A stretch of DNA of 64,000 nucleotides from the human T2T-CHM13v2.0 reference genome, Homo sapiens, in assembly GCF_009914755.1 (NCBI RefSeq), contig NC_060944.1; one strand, 5' to 3'. Of this stretch, positions 1 to 15,059 are shown piece by piece; position 1 is the first letter of the stretch, and each line of letters begins with the position of its first letter. Both the position numbers and the translations under genes were made by a program. A model generated the notes under the pieces. The model was not told the origin of the DNA. It ran no database searches and worked only from the letters and a program-made list of their open reading frames with translations.

Positions 1-255
1 CTGTGCATGTTAATTCCACAAAGCCACTCTAGGAGGTATTGTAATCCCTGAGAAACTAGAAGGACTTGGAAGGATGGTCATTATATTCATTCAAAGATCA
101 GGGAACTGAGGCTAACAGGTGGTAAATTATTTGTTCAACTTTCCATAGATAGTAAGTAGTACGGTCAGGATCTGACACAGACTTCTGATCTCCAGTGCTC
201 CAGTTGCCTCAGTTTAACAGATATAGCCCATTTCCCCATCACCGACCTTTGCAGA

Positions 256-441
256 GCTGTGGTTTTCCAACTTAAGTGTGCATTAGGATTACCTGGAGGG
301 CTGGTTAAAACAGATGGCGGGCCCCACCCTCAGGGTTTCTGATTCAGGAGCTCTCAAGAAGGGCTGGAGCATTTCCATTTATAACAAGTTCTCAGGTGAT
401 GGTGATGCTGCTGGTCTGGAGGCCACATCTTGAGAACCTAA
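256..441. mobile_element. MER5A-like hAT-Charlie DNA transposon (MITE)
   Basis: Typical MER5A text: gtggttttccaactt...gggccccaccctcagggtttctgattcag...aacaagttctcaggtgat...ttgagaacc. Confidence 0.8.
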
Positions 442-825
442 CCTGTGAGACTGACGTCATCTACAGGTAAGCTTGTTGGAAGAATAGCTGCTTATCACCA
501 TGTGTTTCCAAAGACTGAGATGGTTATTGGCTCTCATAGCTCACTTCATTTATTCCTTACAACTATTCAATGCAGACAATATCACTTCCCATTTACACAG
601 GCTGCAACTGGTGCTCAGAAAGATTCAGTGTATTTTTTTGTGGTAACACACTTACTAGAAGGCAGGCCCATACAAGCCCATTAACAACTCTAGCCTTGTA
701 GTGTACAGTCTCAAGTTGGGAGGTCATTAAGGAGCCTCCTACTCTACTTTCAGTTAAAAGATGGGGAAATGTAGGCCTGGAGAGCAAGTGAGCTGCCTGG
801 AGTTCCACAGCAACATAAGGGGATT

Positions 826-1660
<835 letters not shown>

Positions 1661-2719
1661 AAGGCAAAGGGCAGGAAAGATATTTATCCAGGTAGAGATT
1701 GTGGTTTTTCAAGCACATTGCTGCAAAAGAAGCCAAGGCCAGTCTTCAGTGGGCCACACTCTGATGTGCTAATTATAAGTGAACTCTTAGCTGTTCATTA
1801 AAGATAGATCTTTTTCTGTTCCTTTATTTCCTTGCAAGCAGTCTTGACAGCACTGCTTTTAAAAATATTCTGTAATTCAGAGCGTTACACTTCACTAATT
1901 TACCCCCTGCATCTCTTCATTACATCACAGGCACCCCTTGTCTTCTCATCTTCCCCTATGATCCCTGAGTGGGGTTATCCCTATCCTCAGTCAGTGAACA
2001 TATTTAGCTGAACCCTAAATCCCAAGGATTAAAGGCAATTAAATGAGATAATGCATATGGCGTCACTTTAAAACCATAAAGGGCCGCACAGATGCGAAGG
2101 GTTATTATTATGAGCCTTCCCTGTTAATGAGTATTAATGAGCTAAGGCTGCAGATTCCTAATGTTACAGAGCCCTAATATTAACCATATGGAAGCCTAAT
2201 TTTCAAAGAGAATTAGAATTAACTGGAAGAAGAAGCTGCAAAAAATTTTGAATTCAATTCCCTCTCCTAATTCTTGGTATCTTGACCGCAATCTGCATGA
2301 AGCTAAACGGTTATGTGATGACATACTGGTTTATCTTTATTCTTAGCTAATTGCTTTAGGATACCTGCCCCCATATTATTCTGCATTTTCATGGTTCTCT
2401 TGATAGGGACCTAGATTTTTTTTTCTGCGAATGATGTAACATGTCTAATTTGAGCTTTAGGGTATATGGATACTGGAATTGAGAGGGCACATCAGAATCC
2501 AAAATATTTCAAGTTCCTTAAAGTCAAGGAGTGATTGGAAACACCTGCAGCCAGGCTGACTTCGCTGAGTTGTGACTTGAGATATTCCATGTAAAGTTCT
2601 TGCACAGAGCTTGGCACAAAAAAATGTAACATTATTGTCCTTATCATTTTTGAGTCTCTGACAGATACATAGACAGGGTTTTAGATCACAAAGCCTGGAA
2701 GGGCAGGGTACACATTTAG

Positions 2720-3120
2720 GTATTATTTTCTAGACTGTGGGGAGCCACTGAAGATTCTTGGGGCGGGGATGTTGAGCACAGTTTTGTGTTTTTGGGGCTT
2801 TTAACTCTAGCAGCTGGTATAGGAGGGAATATAACCACTGGTGTCAGGAAATCAGGTAGGAAACTGTTTCAAAAATCTATGAGAGTTGATAGGGGCCTGA
2901 ACTGGGCAAGGCCAATGGGCTGGGGAAGAAAGTTTACACACAAGAGATTTTTAAAAATTAGCATAGATAGAACTTGGTGATTGATCAGCTATGGGCTATG
3001 ACAAAGAGTGAGACTCAAAAAGTCTAGGTGATTTTTTAGGTTTAAGTTACTGGGTGAAGGAAGCCAACCAGGATGAATACAGGAGAAAGAGCTGCTTTGG
3101 GGGTGAAAGGCTGAGTTATA
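2720..3120 (-). mobile_element. L2 LINE fragment
   Basis: Degenerate L2 antisense motifs (ggggagccactgaagattcttg..., gataggggcctgaactggg..., agaacttggtgattga). Confidence 0.6.
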
Positions 3121-4707
3121 TAAGTAGAGCCAAAGCCTTCATTCTAGTGGTTGGCATGGCTGTTGAGTTCCAGGACTATTTGGGAACAGAACATGCCAAG
3201 TAAAATGAAAGTATAAAATCAGAAGGATCTTGAGTGATCTCTTAATCCAGTCCCATTATTTTATAATTGAGGAAACTGAGGCTCAGAGAGGGGAAGTGAC
3301 TTTTTGAAAACCACACATCCTTTATTAAGGAACCAGGTCTGGTTTCTGAGTCCCTCACCACCTCAGATCAGAGCTTCTTCCTATCCCACCCAAAATGTAA
3401 AGACAGAATCTGCTTCAGGCTACATTGTTTTCCAGAAAGAAATGAGACTTTGCCAAACTCTGGGGGAATTTTTCAAGCTTTGAATATATCTTGTTTCCTT
3501 TTAAATGAGTCCTAGTTTGTAGACATATCAGTGCCTGAACATAGACACCCACAGAATCACCCACAACTATGATTGAGGGGAGGAGGTGTCGAGCAGACAG
3601 CATGGGTGCCTTGGGAGAGGGAAAGGGAGGTGGGAATGTGGGAAAATTGTGCTCTGGGCTCCCTGAGAGGTGGTGTGAAGAGGGCAGCACTAACAGATAG
3701 GGAATAAGGCAGGTTAGAGGCACTGGTGCTGGGCGCGCTGAGGGAAGGGGACCAGGGATGCCATGAAGGCCAAGACCTAGGGGTTAGACCCAGCCAGGAG
3801 AAAAGAAAGGCTTTTTCTTGAAGAGCTCAAAATATCTGCCTTGGGCAAACAAGATGGAAACTCACAACCTCACAAGCTCTTCAATCACCCATCTCTGGGG
3901 GAGTCAATGCCATAATGCACCCATGCCAACCTCTGTGCTTGAACATCTCCAGTCACAAGGGAACGCACTTTTAAGTTCTATCCCCTTAGACCTCTAGTAG
4001 GTAAAATCCATTCTCCCACTGATGAGTGGAGAGAGATTCCTGAGAATGAGCAGAAATCTCTCCTTACAATGTTTCTCTGTGGCTCTTAGTTTTTGTTCTT
4101 TTTCCCCTGACATTTACACCTGTATCACTAGGCAGATTACATCTTTCTACAAGTCACCAACAATAGTTTGGGACAGAATAAATCCAAGAACAAAGCTCAA
4201 GCTCCATGGCACACTATCAGGGTACAGAATTTGCCAAGCACATTCTGCAAAGTTTGCAAAATGAAGATGGGGCCTGATTGGAGAAGCTGGGGAATGAATC
4301 CATGTGCCCCTTGCATGGCCTGCTGTTCCAACCTATGATGGACAGGCAACCCTCCTCAGGAACTGCAATGTTCTTGCCCAGGGTATTAGAATAGGGGGCA
4401 AGAGAGAGATTCACCCCACCAAGTTACTTGCTCAAAGTGCCATGGAGCTGTCAGCCTAGGGAGGGAACAGCCACTGCCTTGTTCTGCCCTAAGATGCCAC
4501 AGGGTGTGTGCCTAACTTTGACACACACACGGGTTGCCTGCCCCTACTGTGTATCATTGGGGATCTCTCTACCAGATGGACCCTAATCCTTTGGGAATAG
4601 CTATGTAGCCAATTGATACTTTGCTAATTGCTCTTTTATTAAAACCATATTTCTGCATATTATCCATCTAACATATATATCTCTCCATATAGATTTATAT
4701 TGATTAC

Positions 4708-5406
4708 CTATTTTCTCCAAAAGCCAGGAGTGGTGGTCCCTTTTGTGCAGCATGGAGACACACATTCACATGCAGGTGGCATGATGTAATGAGAGGGTTA
4801 AAAGTACCAGCTCTAGAGTCAGAAAGACCTGCATTCAGCTTCTTTGAAACCCCTTGCATTTGTAAATCACCAGCTCTCTAAGCCTGAGTTTTCTCATTGT
4901 AAAAATGGTAATAACACTCCTTTACTTCATAGTGCGGCTGTGAAAAATCAAATGATCCAAATGAAGGCCTGACAAGTAGCAAACACTCATCAAAGCTTTA
5001 CTGTTGTTTTTATTATATATAAATACACTGAGATTTCTGTGAGCTTGCCTGTCTCCCCCTTTAGACTTTGAGTTTCCTGAAGGGAAGGGACCATAGCTGA
5101 CCTCTGCATCCATCTCCTAGCACAGCAAAGGACAACCCTGTAGCATTGTAGCAAGGATTAGATGGGTGAGTACAAGGCACATGATTGAGCAGTGACCTGC
5201 ATGGAGTACGTATGTGACAATTGTTGGCTCTTGTTGCTATGGTCTGCTAAGCCAATATGCATGGCCTTGAAAAGTGGTGTCTAAAGTCCTGAGTATTGCT
5301 CCTTGGTGAACATCGGGGGAGCCCAGGGCCCAGGGAGGGTCCATAGTAGCTGATAGAAGAGCCAAGGACTGGCTCTGGGGTCAGGAGAAAAGGTTTTCCA
5401 GCTGGC
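4708..5406 (-). repeat. Right arm of local inverted duplication (contains MIR and L2-like fragments)
   Basis: Reverse complement of ~826-1660 without the Alu monomer. Confidence 0.9.
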
Positions 5407-5929
5407 TCCTTCCCCACCCTGCTGAGTAGCATTAGCAGAACCCAAAAGAGACCTATAATTTTAGGAGAGGGCCAAGTGGTAGGAGCTGTGGCCTTGGGTA
5501 GGGGAATGCAGCCGTGGCTTACTCTGGTTTAGCAGGACTTAAGAAAATAAATGTCTTGGCTTTCCTCTACGTCCACTCTTCTATCTCCTCCTTGTGTTTT
5601 TTATTGGCTAAGCCTAGCTGAAACCAGAGAGCAAGAGAGGTTGGTGATAGAGCCATAGAAGTCATTCTCTTGGGATTCATAGGAGAGTAGGGATGGGCAG
5701 GGTGGGGCAAGGGTGGGTGAATGAGAATGTCCAGCCAAGACCCAGGCACTGGCCTCCTCTCATGCAAGCAGATCTCCTTGATCTTCTAAACCAAGCCACA
5801 GAACCCTATCATATTTTGAACAATTTTTCAGTCCCAGTTCCTTGGGGCTTTAGCTTCCCTATCCATTTTACCCATCAGTGTCACACTCATACCAGCCAGC
5901 CCTTGGTGATGTGTCAATTTTCCATCTTC

Positions 5930-6360
5930 ACCTGACTTTTCAAAACTCAAGTCCCTGGGGAGATCTCTATGTGTAGGCTCCACCTCTCTTCCTGGAGCCA
6001 CAAATGCTCAGAACTGGGGCTTTGAGAGCTGCCCTGAGTCGTCATCTCTGTCACATCTGATGACAGTTTTTATTAGGACTTTCTGAAAGCTGCTTTCAGT
6101 TTCAGGATGTGTGTCCAACCTTTTCTCAGCCATTAGGAACCCTGAGCTGATACAGTCACTTTCCCTCAAGGCATCTGTCACTTACAGTTTGCCAACCAGT
6201 TCCTCCTTGCTGGTCATCATTAGGGCCGGAGAAGCAGGTCCCACTGGGAGTTGAGGTAGTGAAGGAGAGAAGCCAAGAACTTTTTAGATTCATGTCTTTA
6301 GTCAAATGAGACTTGGAATAGCCATGTGGCAGGTTAAGCCTTCCATCACTTTTAGAGTTG
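5930..6360 (-). mobile_element. Possible ancient L3/CR1 LINE fragment
   Basis: Weak resemblance to CR1 antisense (ccagttcctccttgctggtcatcattaggg...). Confidence 0.35.
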
Positions 6361-6625
6361 GTCAGTCCCAGGCCCCTAACTATGCCCCCTTGCAGTCCCT
6401 AAAGACCTGTCTTAATTTCATCCCAGGGCCCAGTACCTACTCTCAGACTCTCTGGTAGCTATTGTGGCCTGCTCCCTCATCTGCCCAAATGCAAGGAACT
6501 AGAAATAGTGCCTCATTGCAGCCCCTCGTCATTGTATGATCCCAACCTACTCCAAATACCCACCATCTATCTACCCAATTACCACTGTGCCCTTCTCAAT
6601 CTTCTTCAGATGAACTGATCCCTTG

Positions 6626-7116
6626 GGTGGTAGACAGAATAGTAATCACCTTTCCCCTCAAAATGTTCATGACTGAATCCCCAGAATCTCTGAACATATC
6701 ATCTTATATGGCAAAAAAGACTTTGCAGATGTGATTAAATTAAGGTTCCTGAGATGCGAAGATTATCCTGGATTATCCATGTGGGAGTCAATGTAATGAC
6801 AAGGGTCTTCATAAGAGGGAGGCAGGGGTCAGATTTAAAGAAGGTGATGTGATAGAAGCAGAGGATGGAGTGCTGTCATTTCTGGAAGGGGCCATGAGCC
6901 AAGGAATGTGGGCATCCCTAGAAACTGGAAAAGGCAAGGAAAGTATTCTCCCTGGAGCCTCCAGAAGGAGCAGAGCCCAGCTGACCCCTTTATTTTAGCC
7001 CAGTAAGACCTGTTTTCAGCTTTCTGATTTATGCAACTGTAGGAGAATAAATTTATGTTATTTTAAGCCATTAAGCTTGTGGTAATTTGTTACAGCAGCA
7101 ATAGGAAATGAATACA
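6626..7116 (+). mobile_element. MLT1 (MaLR) solo LTR, MLT1D-like
   Basis: gtggtagacagaata...gactttgcagatgtgattaaattaagg...gcagcaataggaaatgaataca. Confidence 0.85.
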
Positions 7117-7145
7117 ACCTGCTACTCAAGAAGTGTGGTCTACAG

Positions 7146-7943
7146 CAGGGGTCCCCAACCCCTGGGCCATGGACCAATACCAGTCTGTGGCCTGTTAGGA
7201 AGTAGGCCACACCAGCAGGAGGTGAGTGGCAGGCCAGCGAGCATTACTGCCTGAGCTCTGCCTCCTGTCAGATCAGCAGTGGCATTAGATTCTCATAGAA
7301 GTGAGAACCCTATTGTGAACTGCTAAAGCGAGAGATCTAGGTTGTGCACTCCTTACAAGAATCTAATGCCTGGCCGGGTACAGTGGCTCACACCTGTAAT
7401 CTTAGCACTTTGGGAGGCCGAGGCGGGTGGATCACGAGGTCAGGAGTTCAAGACCAGCCTGGCCAGCACAGTGAAACCCTGTCTCTACTAAAAATACAAA
7501 AATTAGCCGGGCATGGTGGCGCACGCCTATAGTCCCAGCTACATGGGAGGCTGAGGCAGGAGAATCACTTGAACCCAGGAGGAGAGGTTGTGGTGAGCCG
7601 AGATCATGCCACTGTACTCCAGCCTGGGCAAGAGAGCGAGACTCAGTCTCAAAACAAAACAACACCAAAACCAAAAAAAAAAAAAAGGATTTAATGCCTG
7701 ATGATGTCACTGTTTCCCATCACTTCCAGATGGGACCAGCTAGTTTTAGGAAAACAAGCTCAGGGCTCCAACTGATTCTACTTTATGGTAAGTTGTATGA
7801 TTATTTCATTATATATTACAGTGTAATAAAAATAAAGTGCACACTAAATGTAGTGCACTTGAATCATCCTGAAACCATCCCCCTGACTGTGGAAAAATTT
7901 TCACAAAACTGGTCCTTGGTGCTAAAAAGGTTGGGGACGGCTG
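7146..7943 (+). mobile_element. MER1A-like hAT-Charlie DNA transposon, interrupted by an Alu
   Basis: TIRs caggggtccccaacc ... ggttggggacggctg; degenerate 8-bp TSD gtctacag/gtctgtgg. Confidence 0.85.
7372..7686 (+). mobile_element. AluS element
   Basis: Full dimer with A tail; TSD aagaatctaatgcct / aaggatttaatgcct. Confidence 0.95.
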
Positions 7944-9659
7944 GTCTGTGGCATCACCATTACCTAGTAGCTTCTTAGAAATGAAGAACCTTCATCCTCA
8001 CCCTGGACCTGCTCACCCAGGATCTGTAGTTTAATACCATATCCAGGTGATTCCAATGCATATTAATTGGTATGCTTTTGTCTTCCCCAGGACCCCTACC
8101 TGCAGATATTTAGCTCCAATTTGAACCAATTCAAATTAGAAAGGATCCAGTCCAATGAAAGAAATAGATTTGTTATGAGAAGAAAAAATGACCACCCCCT
8201 CTACCTTTTTTTTCCCTCACCTCACTTTTATCTAAGTATAGCTAATAAAGGACCAGATTTTTAAGAATTATTTTTAAAAATTTACTTATGTCTTTAATGC
8301 CTTATTATTTTTTCCTGGTGCTGAGGTTAGGGTAGAAGTAAATTTTAGATTCTGAAGCTGTTACCATAAGCCAATCGTTGTCCTATCCCCATCACATTTG
8401 TTGGGGACTCCCTGCATTACTGGCCCTGAATAACCACTGAGTGAGAGGTAGGGGTATTTCACAGGGGTGATAAAGTAGGATGTGTCTCAATGGTGGAAAT
8501 TCGATTTGCACGCTGCTCAACCAGAATCAGCATAAACTCTGAGCCTTGCTCTGGCCATGACCTGGGTAGGTAGATAGATCCAGATTTATCAATGGCTCTG
8601 AAACAAAGGGAAAACCCCACACACTATGGGAGGCCAGCACTGACCACCAGATGAACAGGAAGCCTTGATGTATATGCTCTCATAATATATCCTTCTGTGT
8701 GAAATACTACAAATTTCTCCCAAGACAAGAAGTTGTTACATTCATTTTTTGGCAAGTACAAGAGGCAGTCATCCCACAAAGTCTAGGAAAGGGGATATAT
8801 CTTTTGGATTGCAACCCCTCAAATGGACTCCTCAAGTGATTTGGGGTACTCTTCCTGCTGCCCCATTAATGGGGACATCTGGTTCTAGACCCAGCCCCTC
8901 CTAATTTGATTTCCATTTGCTGTTGAGCTTGAAACTCCTATTCTGGAATTGCCAGAATATCCTGAATTCTTCACAAAAGTCTTCTTGAGGGGGAAGCATT
9001 AATAGAGCTCCGTAGAGAGCCATGAGTCCTTCTCTCCCTAAGGTCTTGATACAAGAGAGTCTTGTTAACTGTCAGCCAGTATCACACTGGTTACCTCCTG
9101 GAGCCTCTGTGGGAAAGAGCATCTCAATGCTTTGAGGGAGACTTTGGGTTGAAATAGGTTTCCAGGATAATTAACACCAATTGAGAACACAGGCAAAACT
9201 TCTTGTCTTCCAAATTTGAAGCCCACATTAGCTAATTAGTTCTAATTAGAGGCTGACAGTTCCATGTGGCACAGTGAGCATGTAATAGGCAGATGTTTTT
9301 GTATGTGTCTTGACAAATTAATGAAGATGGGTTGGGGGATTTCTTTACAGGCCCATGGGCCAGCTAGGTGCTAGAACATATCTTTTCTTGGGAAAGGGTT
9401 TTGGTTTTGGGGAAGCTTACGTGGTGCCCCCAGAGGAAGCCCATCTATTGATAATAATGCCTTTATGTATTCCAGAAACACATAGTGAGCACCTACATTG
9501 GCGAAGAATTGGTCGAAGTAGTGAAGGAGACACTACTTTCACTATGTGGAATCCCAAAGTCTAGTTGGGAGGCAAAAATAAACCGAAAGGATCCAGTGGC
9601 ATCCTAGCCAAAGCAGTAAGATAAGAAAAATACAAAAGGAGATCTAAATATTAGGAAGA

Positions 9660-9925
9660 TCCAAAATGCCACAGTTTGTATGATTCCATTTATATGACAT
9701 CTTGGAAAAGGCAAAATTATAGTAATGGAGGACAGATCAGGGCTTGCCGGGGTTTGGGGATGGGAAGAGGTATTGACTAAAGAAGGGCAGCACAAAGGAA
9801 TTGTTTGGAATTGTTCTGCATCCTTATTGTGGTGGTGGTTATACAAATCTGTGTATGTGTTGAAACTTGTAGAACCGTATGCCAGTTTTCCTGCATGTTA
9901 TTTTAAAAAATGAAAGAAGAAAAAA
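9660..9925 (+). mobile_element. Old L1M 3' end fragment
   Basis: tgtatgattccatttatatgacatcttggaaaaggcaaaattatagtaatggaggacagatcag. Confidence 0.75.
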
Positions 9926-10319
9926 TGGATTACAGCTTATGTATGGACCAACATCTATGCATCTCAGTGTCGAATAAAACCCACAAATTTATTTTACATT
10001 GTTTGAATTTTCAGACAATTTTGAAAAGCATGTCTTTAAAAAGTAATCCTTAGCTCAGTTTGTATACATACGTATTTTTATAACATGAAGATCTTTTGCA
10101 TTAATGCATAAACTAGTTGAAATAAACAAGGAAAGAATTGTAAACTTTAACTCATATAAAAATAAATTAACATAAAAGTGTTAAATTTGGGTTTATAGGA
10201 GATATGGAGAGAATCCTCATGGCATTTGAGACTCTAATTCTAGTTTTTCCTGAGCCTTTGGGTTTAGTGAGGTGCCTCAATATCCTCATGATAAATTTAC
10301 CATACTTGTTTAGCCTAAA

Positions 10320-10740
10320 AAATACCATGATTTATAAGTGACATGTCTGTCTATATAAAAAATTCAAGAGACTCAGCTAAAAGTAGTTGATGCTAATAGG
10401 AGTGTTCAGTAAGGTAGTGGGATGTAAGATGAACATGAAGAAAAATAGCATTTCCATTGATTAGAAATATGTAATTAGAAAATACATATAAAAGGATCCC
10501 ATTTATAATAGCAGCAATAAAAACAATATAAAACTCTGGGTAATTAACTAAAAATAGTCCAGATTTATATGAAAGCAAATACAATACTTTACTGAAAGCC
10601 ATGAAGAATGGCTGGAATCAATGAAGAGACATATCATGGTCCTGGATTGGAAGAGTCAATCAAAAGTGTAAAGATGTCAGTCCTTCCCAAACTTATGAGT
10701 AAGCTCAAAGCAATCTCAGTGAAAATTTGCGTGAGCAAAA
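10320..10740 (+). mobile_element. Old L1M ORF2 fragment
   Basis: Degenerate ORF2 text (ttcagtaaggtag...ccatttataatagcagca...tcctggattggaagagtcaat...gatgtcagtccttcccaaa). Confidence 0.7.
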
Positions 10741-11321
10741 GCATAGGGGACGTGAAAGCTGATTCCTCAGAACGTAAGCAATCTAGGCGGACTGACTGAA
10801 GCATTGGTGGTGAGAGTATGAGGTGTTCTCCTGGGACCAGACTATGAAGAGCCTAGGCTGCTAGACTGAGGACCATGCCCTTCATCTGACAGCCCATAAG
10901 AAACTCTCGAAGATTTCAGTTCAGGAACTAATAAGATCAGAACTGTGTGTGAGAAATAGATCTTGGCTGATGTGTAGGATTGAAGGAAAGGGTGAGACCC
11001 AAGGCAGGGACCCTGACCAGGAGGCTGCTAACTGGAATGGTCTGAAATGACTGCCATGCTGCCTGATCCAAAGGAGTTTCCCAGTGAATATTAGCACTCT
11101 CCCCTCCCCTACACCCCACTCCCCTGATCTTCCTTTCTCTCCCCTTCCCTCCTCCTCTGAAGCAAAAACCCAGTGGAGAAATGAACTAACAGAGTTGCCC
11201 TGAGAGGGGGTGAGATATTTTCTGCCAATCTGGGGTCATTGGGGAGGGTTATCTTAAGGAAGATGCCAAGGTTTGGAATCTGGAAGCCTGGGTGGACAAT
11301 GATGATGATAAATGCTACTTT

Positions 11322-11659
<338 letters not shown>

Positions 11660-14227
11660 TAAATGCTACTTTTTATTGAGCATCCACTATCCGTAAGACA
11701 GGAACTAGCACTATCCCATTTTTTAATTTTTAAAAAAAATTTTTAATATATTTTTTATTTTTATTTATTTATTTATTTTTTAAAGAGGAAACAAAGAAGT
11801 TAAGTGTTCAGAAAGCTGAGGCAGGACCTAACCTGGTCACTGGTCATATCACCGACATCCCAGCACCTGGTACAAAGAGTTCAGCAAATGTTTGCTGTTC
11901 ACCAGATGTTGCTTCTCTAGAAATGTCCTTGCTGTGGGTTTGGCTGATGCCTTATCTTTATGAGTAAATCCCTTTTCCTTTCATAAATAAGTCACCATTT
12001 TGCAAGGAGGGGAAGAGAAGCGTTGAACAGGAAGGGTGGGGAGGTAGGAGCAGAAAAGAAGGGGCTGAGTAATGGAACTCGAGGTGTTTTTATAAATTAG
12101 GAACCACCCAGCTTGCCACTGACCCAGGCATCTTTATCAATTTGCTCCTCCAGGCCATGCCAGCCTAGCACAATAAAGCTTCCTGTCCATTTCAGGCTTA
12201 ATCACACAGAATGTAAATCCCTCAGCAGAGAGGCAGCTGCGAGGGATGGGGCACAATCCGCAGGGCTGTTCATTTTCATCTTCTGGCACGTAATGAAATC
12301 AGGAATGCATGTCTGCTCACCAGGGCTTCTTTGCTCCAAATTGTTAAGTAAGCATCCCTGCTTTAGCCTCATTAGACTCCCAAGGCCGCTGATGAAGGGG
12401 GATGGAAGCCAGCATTTATTGAATGATTCTGGTGTGCTAGATACTTTCTACGTGATTCACTCCTCTAAAAAGCCCCGTGACATGGGCACTATTATCCTTA
12501 TTTTACAGCTAAGGAAACTGAGCTCAGAAAGGTCAGCCCAAGATCATGGACGGATAAAATGAGTAGGGAATCATGAAGCGACATATCTGTGCAATTTCAA
12601 ATCCTATACCCCAAGCCTTTTTTTTTTTTTTTTGCAGTTATTAGATATAAAATAACTTTTATATAATTTTGGGGGGATTTCTGGGAGAAGTTTGAGGGAA
12701 CTGAAGGTTATTACTTTTCATAATTCATTTTGGTTGTGTCAATTTAATTAACATTCACTGAGACTCTGATCCACTGTGGCTCTGATTTTTAGGCATAACT
12801 TGTGTGTCCATCATTCATGCTAAATAGAGATAGTAGTCCTGTCCTCTGCTTCTGCTCCTTTTTCTTCTTCTTAGTTTTTAGACATCCTGGTTTGTGTTCT
12901 AGTTCATAATATCTGCCCTAAGATCTTCATTCTTATTTTGAAAACTACATTTAGTTCCTCTTCTAATACCCCTTGTCCTGCCTCATCCGATTCTTATTTT
13001 GCCCCTTGTACTATTCAGGGACACCTGCGGCTCCAGGTCAGAGATGCACCTGCTAGTCCTGCCTCTACAGGACCCAACCCATCAGTTCCTAGCTTGTCCT
13101 TCTGGTGAGAATTGAGCACACTATACTGTGGACATAAAGACAAGTAAGTTGTCATTCATGCCCTGGATGAACATGGAACCTAACTGGGAGGTAAATACAC
13201 ACCTGAATAATTAAAAAATAAGCTATAATTGAACAAATGCTAGAGTAAAGTGCATACAGAAATTTTAGGAAGTTGGTGGGTAGGGGAGTAAATAATAATG
13301 TGTTGTTCCTTAAGTCATAATAAATTTCAAAATATCTGTTAACATCTATTTCCTCTATTCCCATTACTATGTGAATTCTTAGTTCCTGACAAATGAATTA
13401 GTTGAAACAGTAACATTATTTTGGTATTTTTATTTATTGTTTATTCAGTCTGGGTCAACATCATAGAATGCTGAATCAGCAGGCAATTCCACAATAATCT
13501 GCTTGAGTACAAGAATTTGAATATGATATGTTGTAGGGATAGCAGGATACCAATATGGGGAGTGGGTTTGGGTAGCCCCCCATACCCTTAAGTGAATAAA
13601 GGGCTAGGCTGGAAAGTTATGAATGTGGAATGGATGGTTTGAGAACTCCAGACGTGGGGCAGGTCAACACTGACCTCTTAGGAGGAAGGAGTTTAGATGG
13701 GATAACATTTTGACATTCCCTTTGGACAGGGACCCTATGGATTAAGTGGGAAAGCTAGAGAGGGAGAAGGAAGTGGTTGTTCAGATAACATAGGTGGGAC
13801 TTCCAGATTCAGGTGGCATCTGGCTGTGGCACTTGGGTTCCCTTTTCTCCTCACCCGTGGCACTTCTCATGAAGACACAGAAACCACTACTACTTTTTGG
13901 TAACATGGATTCTGGGCCTTGGGTGGAGTTTTTACTTAGTAAAGCAAGGATGATACTCTTGGGCAAAAGAACAGAAAATACATGATAGGAGATTTTCAGT
14001 TATTACTCCTATCTACTTCCTGCCTTAAAGGCAGTGTCTCCACTGAACAAAAGGAGAGAAACCCGCACTTACTACACAGAAGCTGTTTCTGAGGCCATTT
14101 AACCTCCAGCACTCCCTATTATCACTTCTATTGATTTACCATTTGTGGGACTAATTTAAACTTTCTAGAAATTAAAAAAGCAGGAAGGGATCGTGGCAGA
14201 TGAAAACAGGATATGGATCTTTGCATA

Positions 14228-14619
14228 TGTGTCTTAGTCTGTTTGTGCTGCTAAAACAAAATGCCATAGACTAGGTAATTTATAAGGAAGATAAATGGAT
14301 TTTTTCATGGTTCTGAGGATCTGGAAGTCTAATATCAAGGCGCTAACATCTGGTGTCTGGTGACGGCTGCTCTCTGCTTCCAGGATGGCTCCTTCTTGCT
14401 GCATCTTCCAGATGGGATGGACACTGTGTCCTCTCATGGCAGAAGAGTGGAAGAGAAAACACCCACTCCCTCAAGCCCTTTTAAAATGCCGTAATCCCAT
14501 GCATGAAGGTTTTGCTTTCATGACTTAATCACCTTTTAAAGGCCCCACCTGTTAACACTATCATTTGGGTGATTAAGTTTCAACATATGAATTTTGGGGT
14601 GCACATTCAGGCCATACCA
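14228..14619 (-). mobile_element. MaLR solo LTR (MLT1A/MST-type)
   Basis: tgtcttagtctgtttgtgctgct...cacattcaggccatacca. Confidence 0.85.
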
Positions 14620-15059
14620 ATACCAGACTGTGAAATCAACGAAATTGACTGTGAAATCTATGAAAGAGTAGAGCTAGAGAGACCTGTGAGACAGTTATAT
14701 GCTGGTGAATGTAAATGTCCATGCATTGCTTTTCCTAAAGCAGAGACGGCTGCATACAATTATCCCAGAATATTCCCTCCACATGTTCCGAAGTCAGCCC
14801 ATTCTGGTCTAGAATACACATGAGAATAAGGACTGTACCACTAGGAATTTGGAATCTGTGCATATTAATCAGCCCTCAGCTTAAGGTCTAGATGTGGATT
14901 CTAATTATAGTCATGTAGTTAATAACAAGGACCAAAGAAGATCCATCCAAACTATGTACTGGCAACATGCCTGACCAGCTTTCTCCTTTATCAAGCATGA
15001 ATAATAGGAAAAACAAAACAAGAGACCTTGAAGATTTTTCTGAGACATAAAAAGGAGAA

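Larger units (their letters stand above)
7117..8070. mobile_element. MER5A-like element split by a MER1 insertion
   Basis: ctactcaag..gtgtggtc on the left resumes as gcatcacc...ttagaaatgaagaacct...ccaggtgattcc on the right. Confidence 0.6.
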
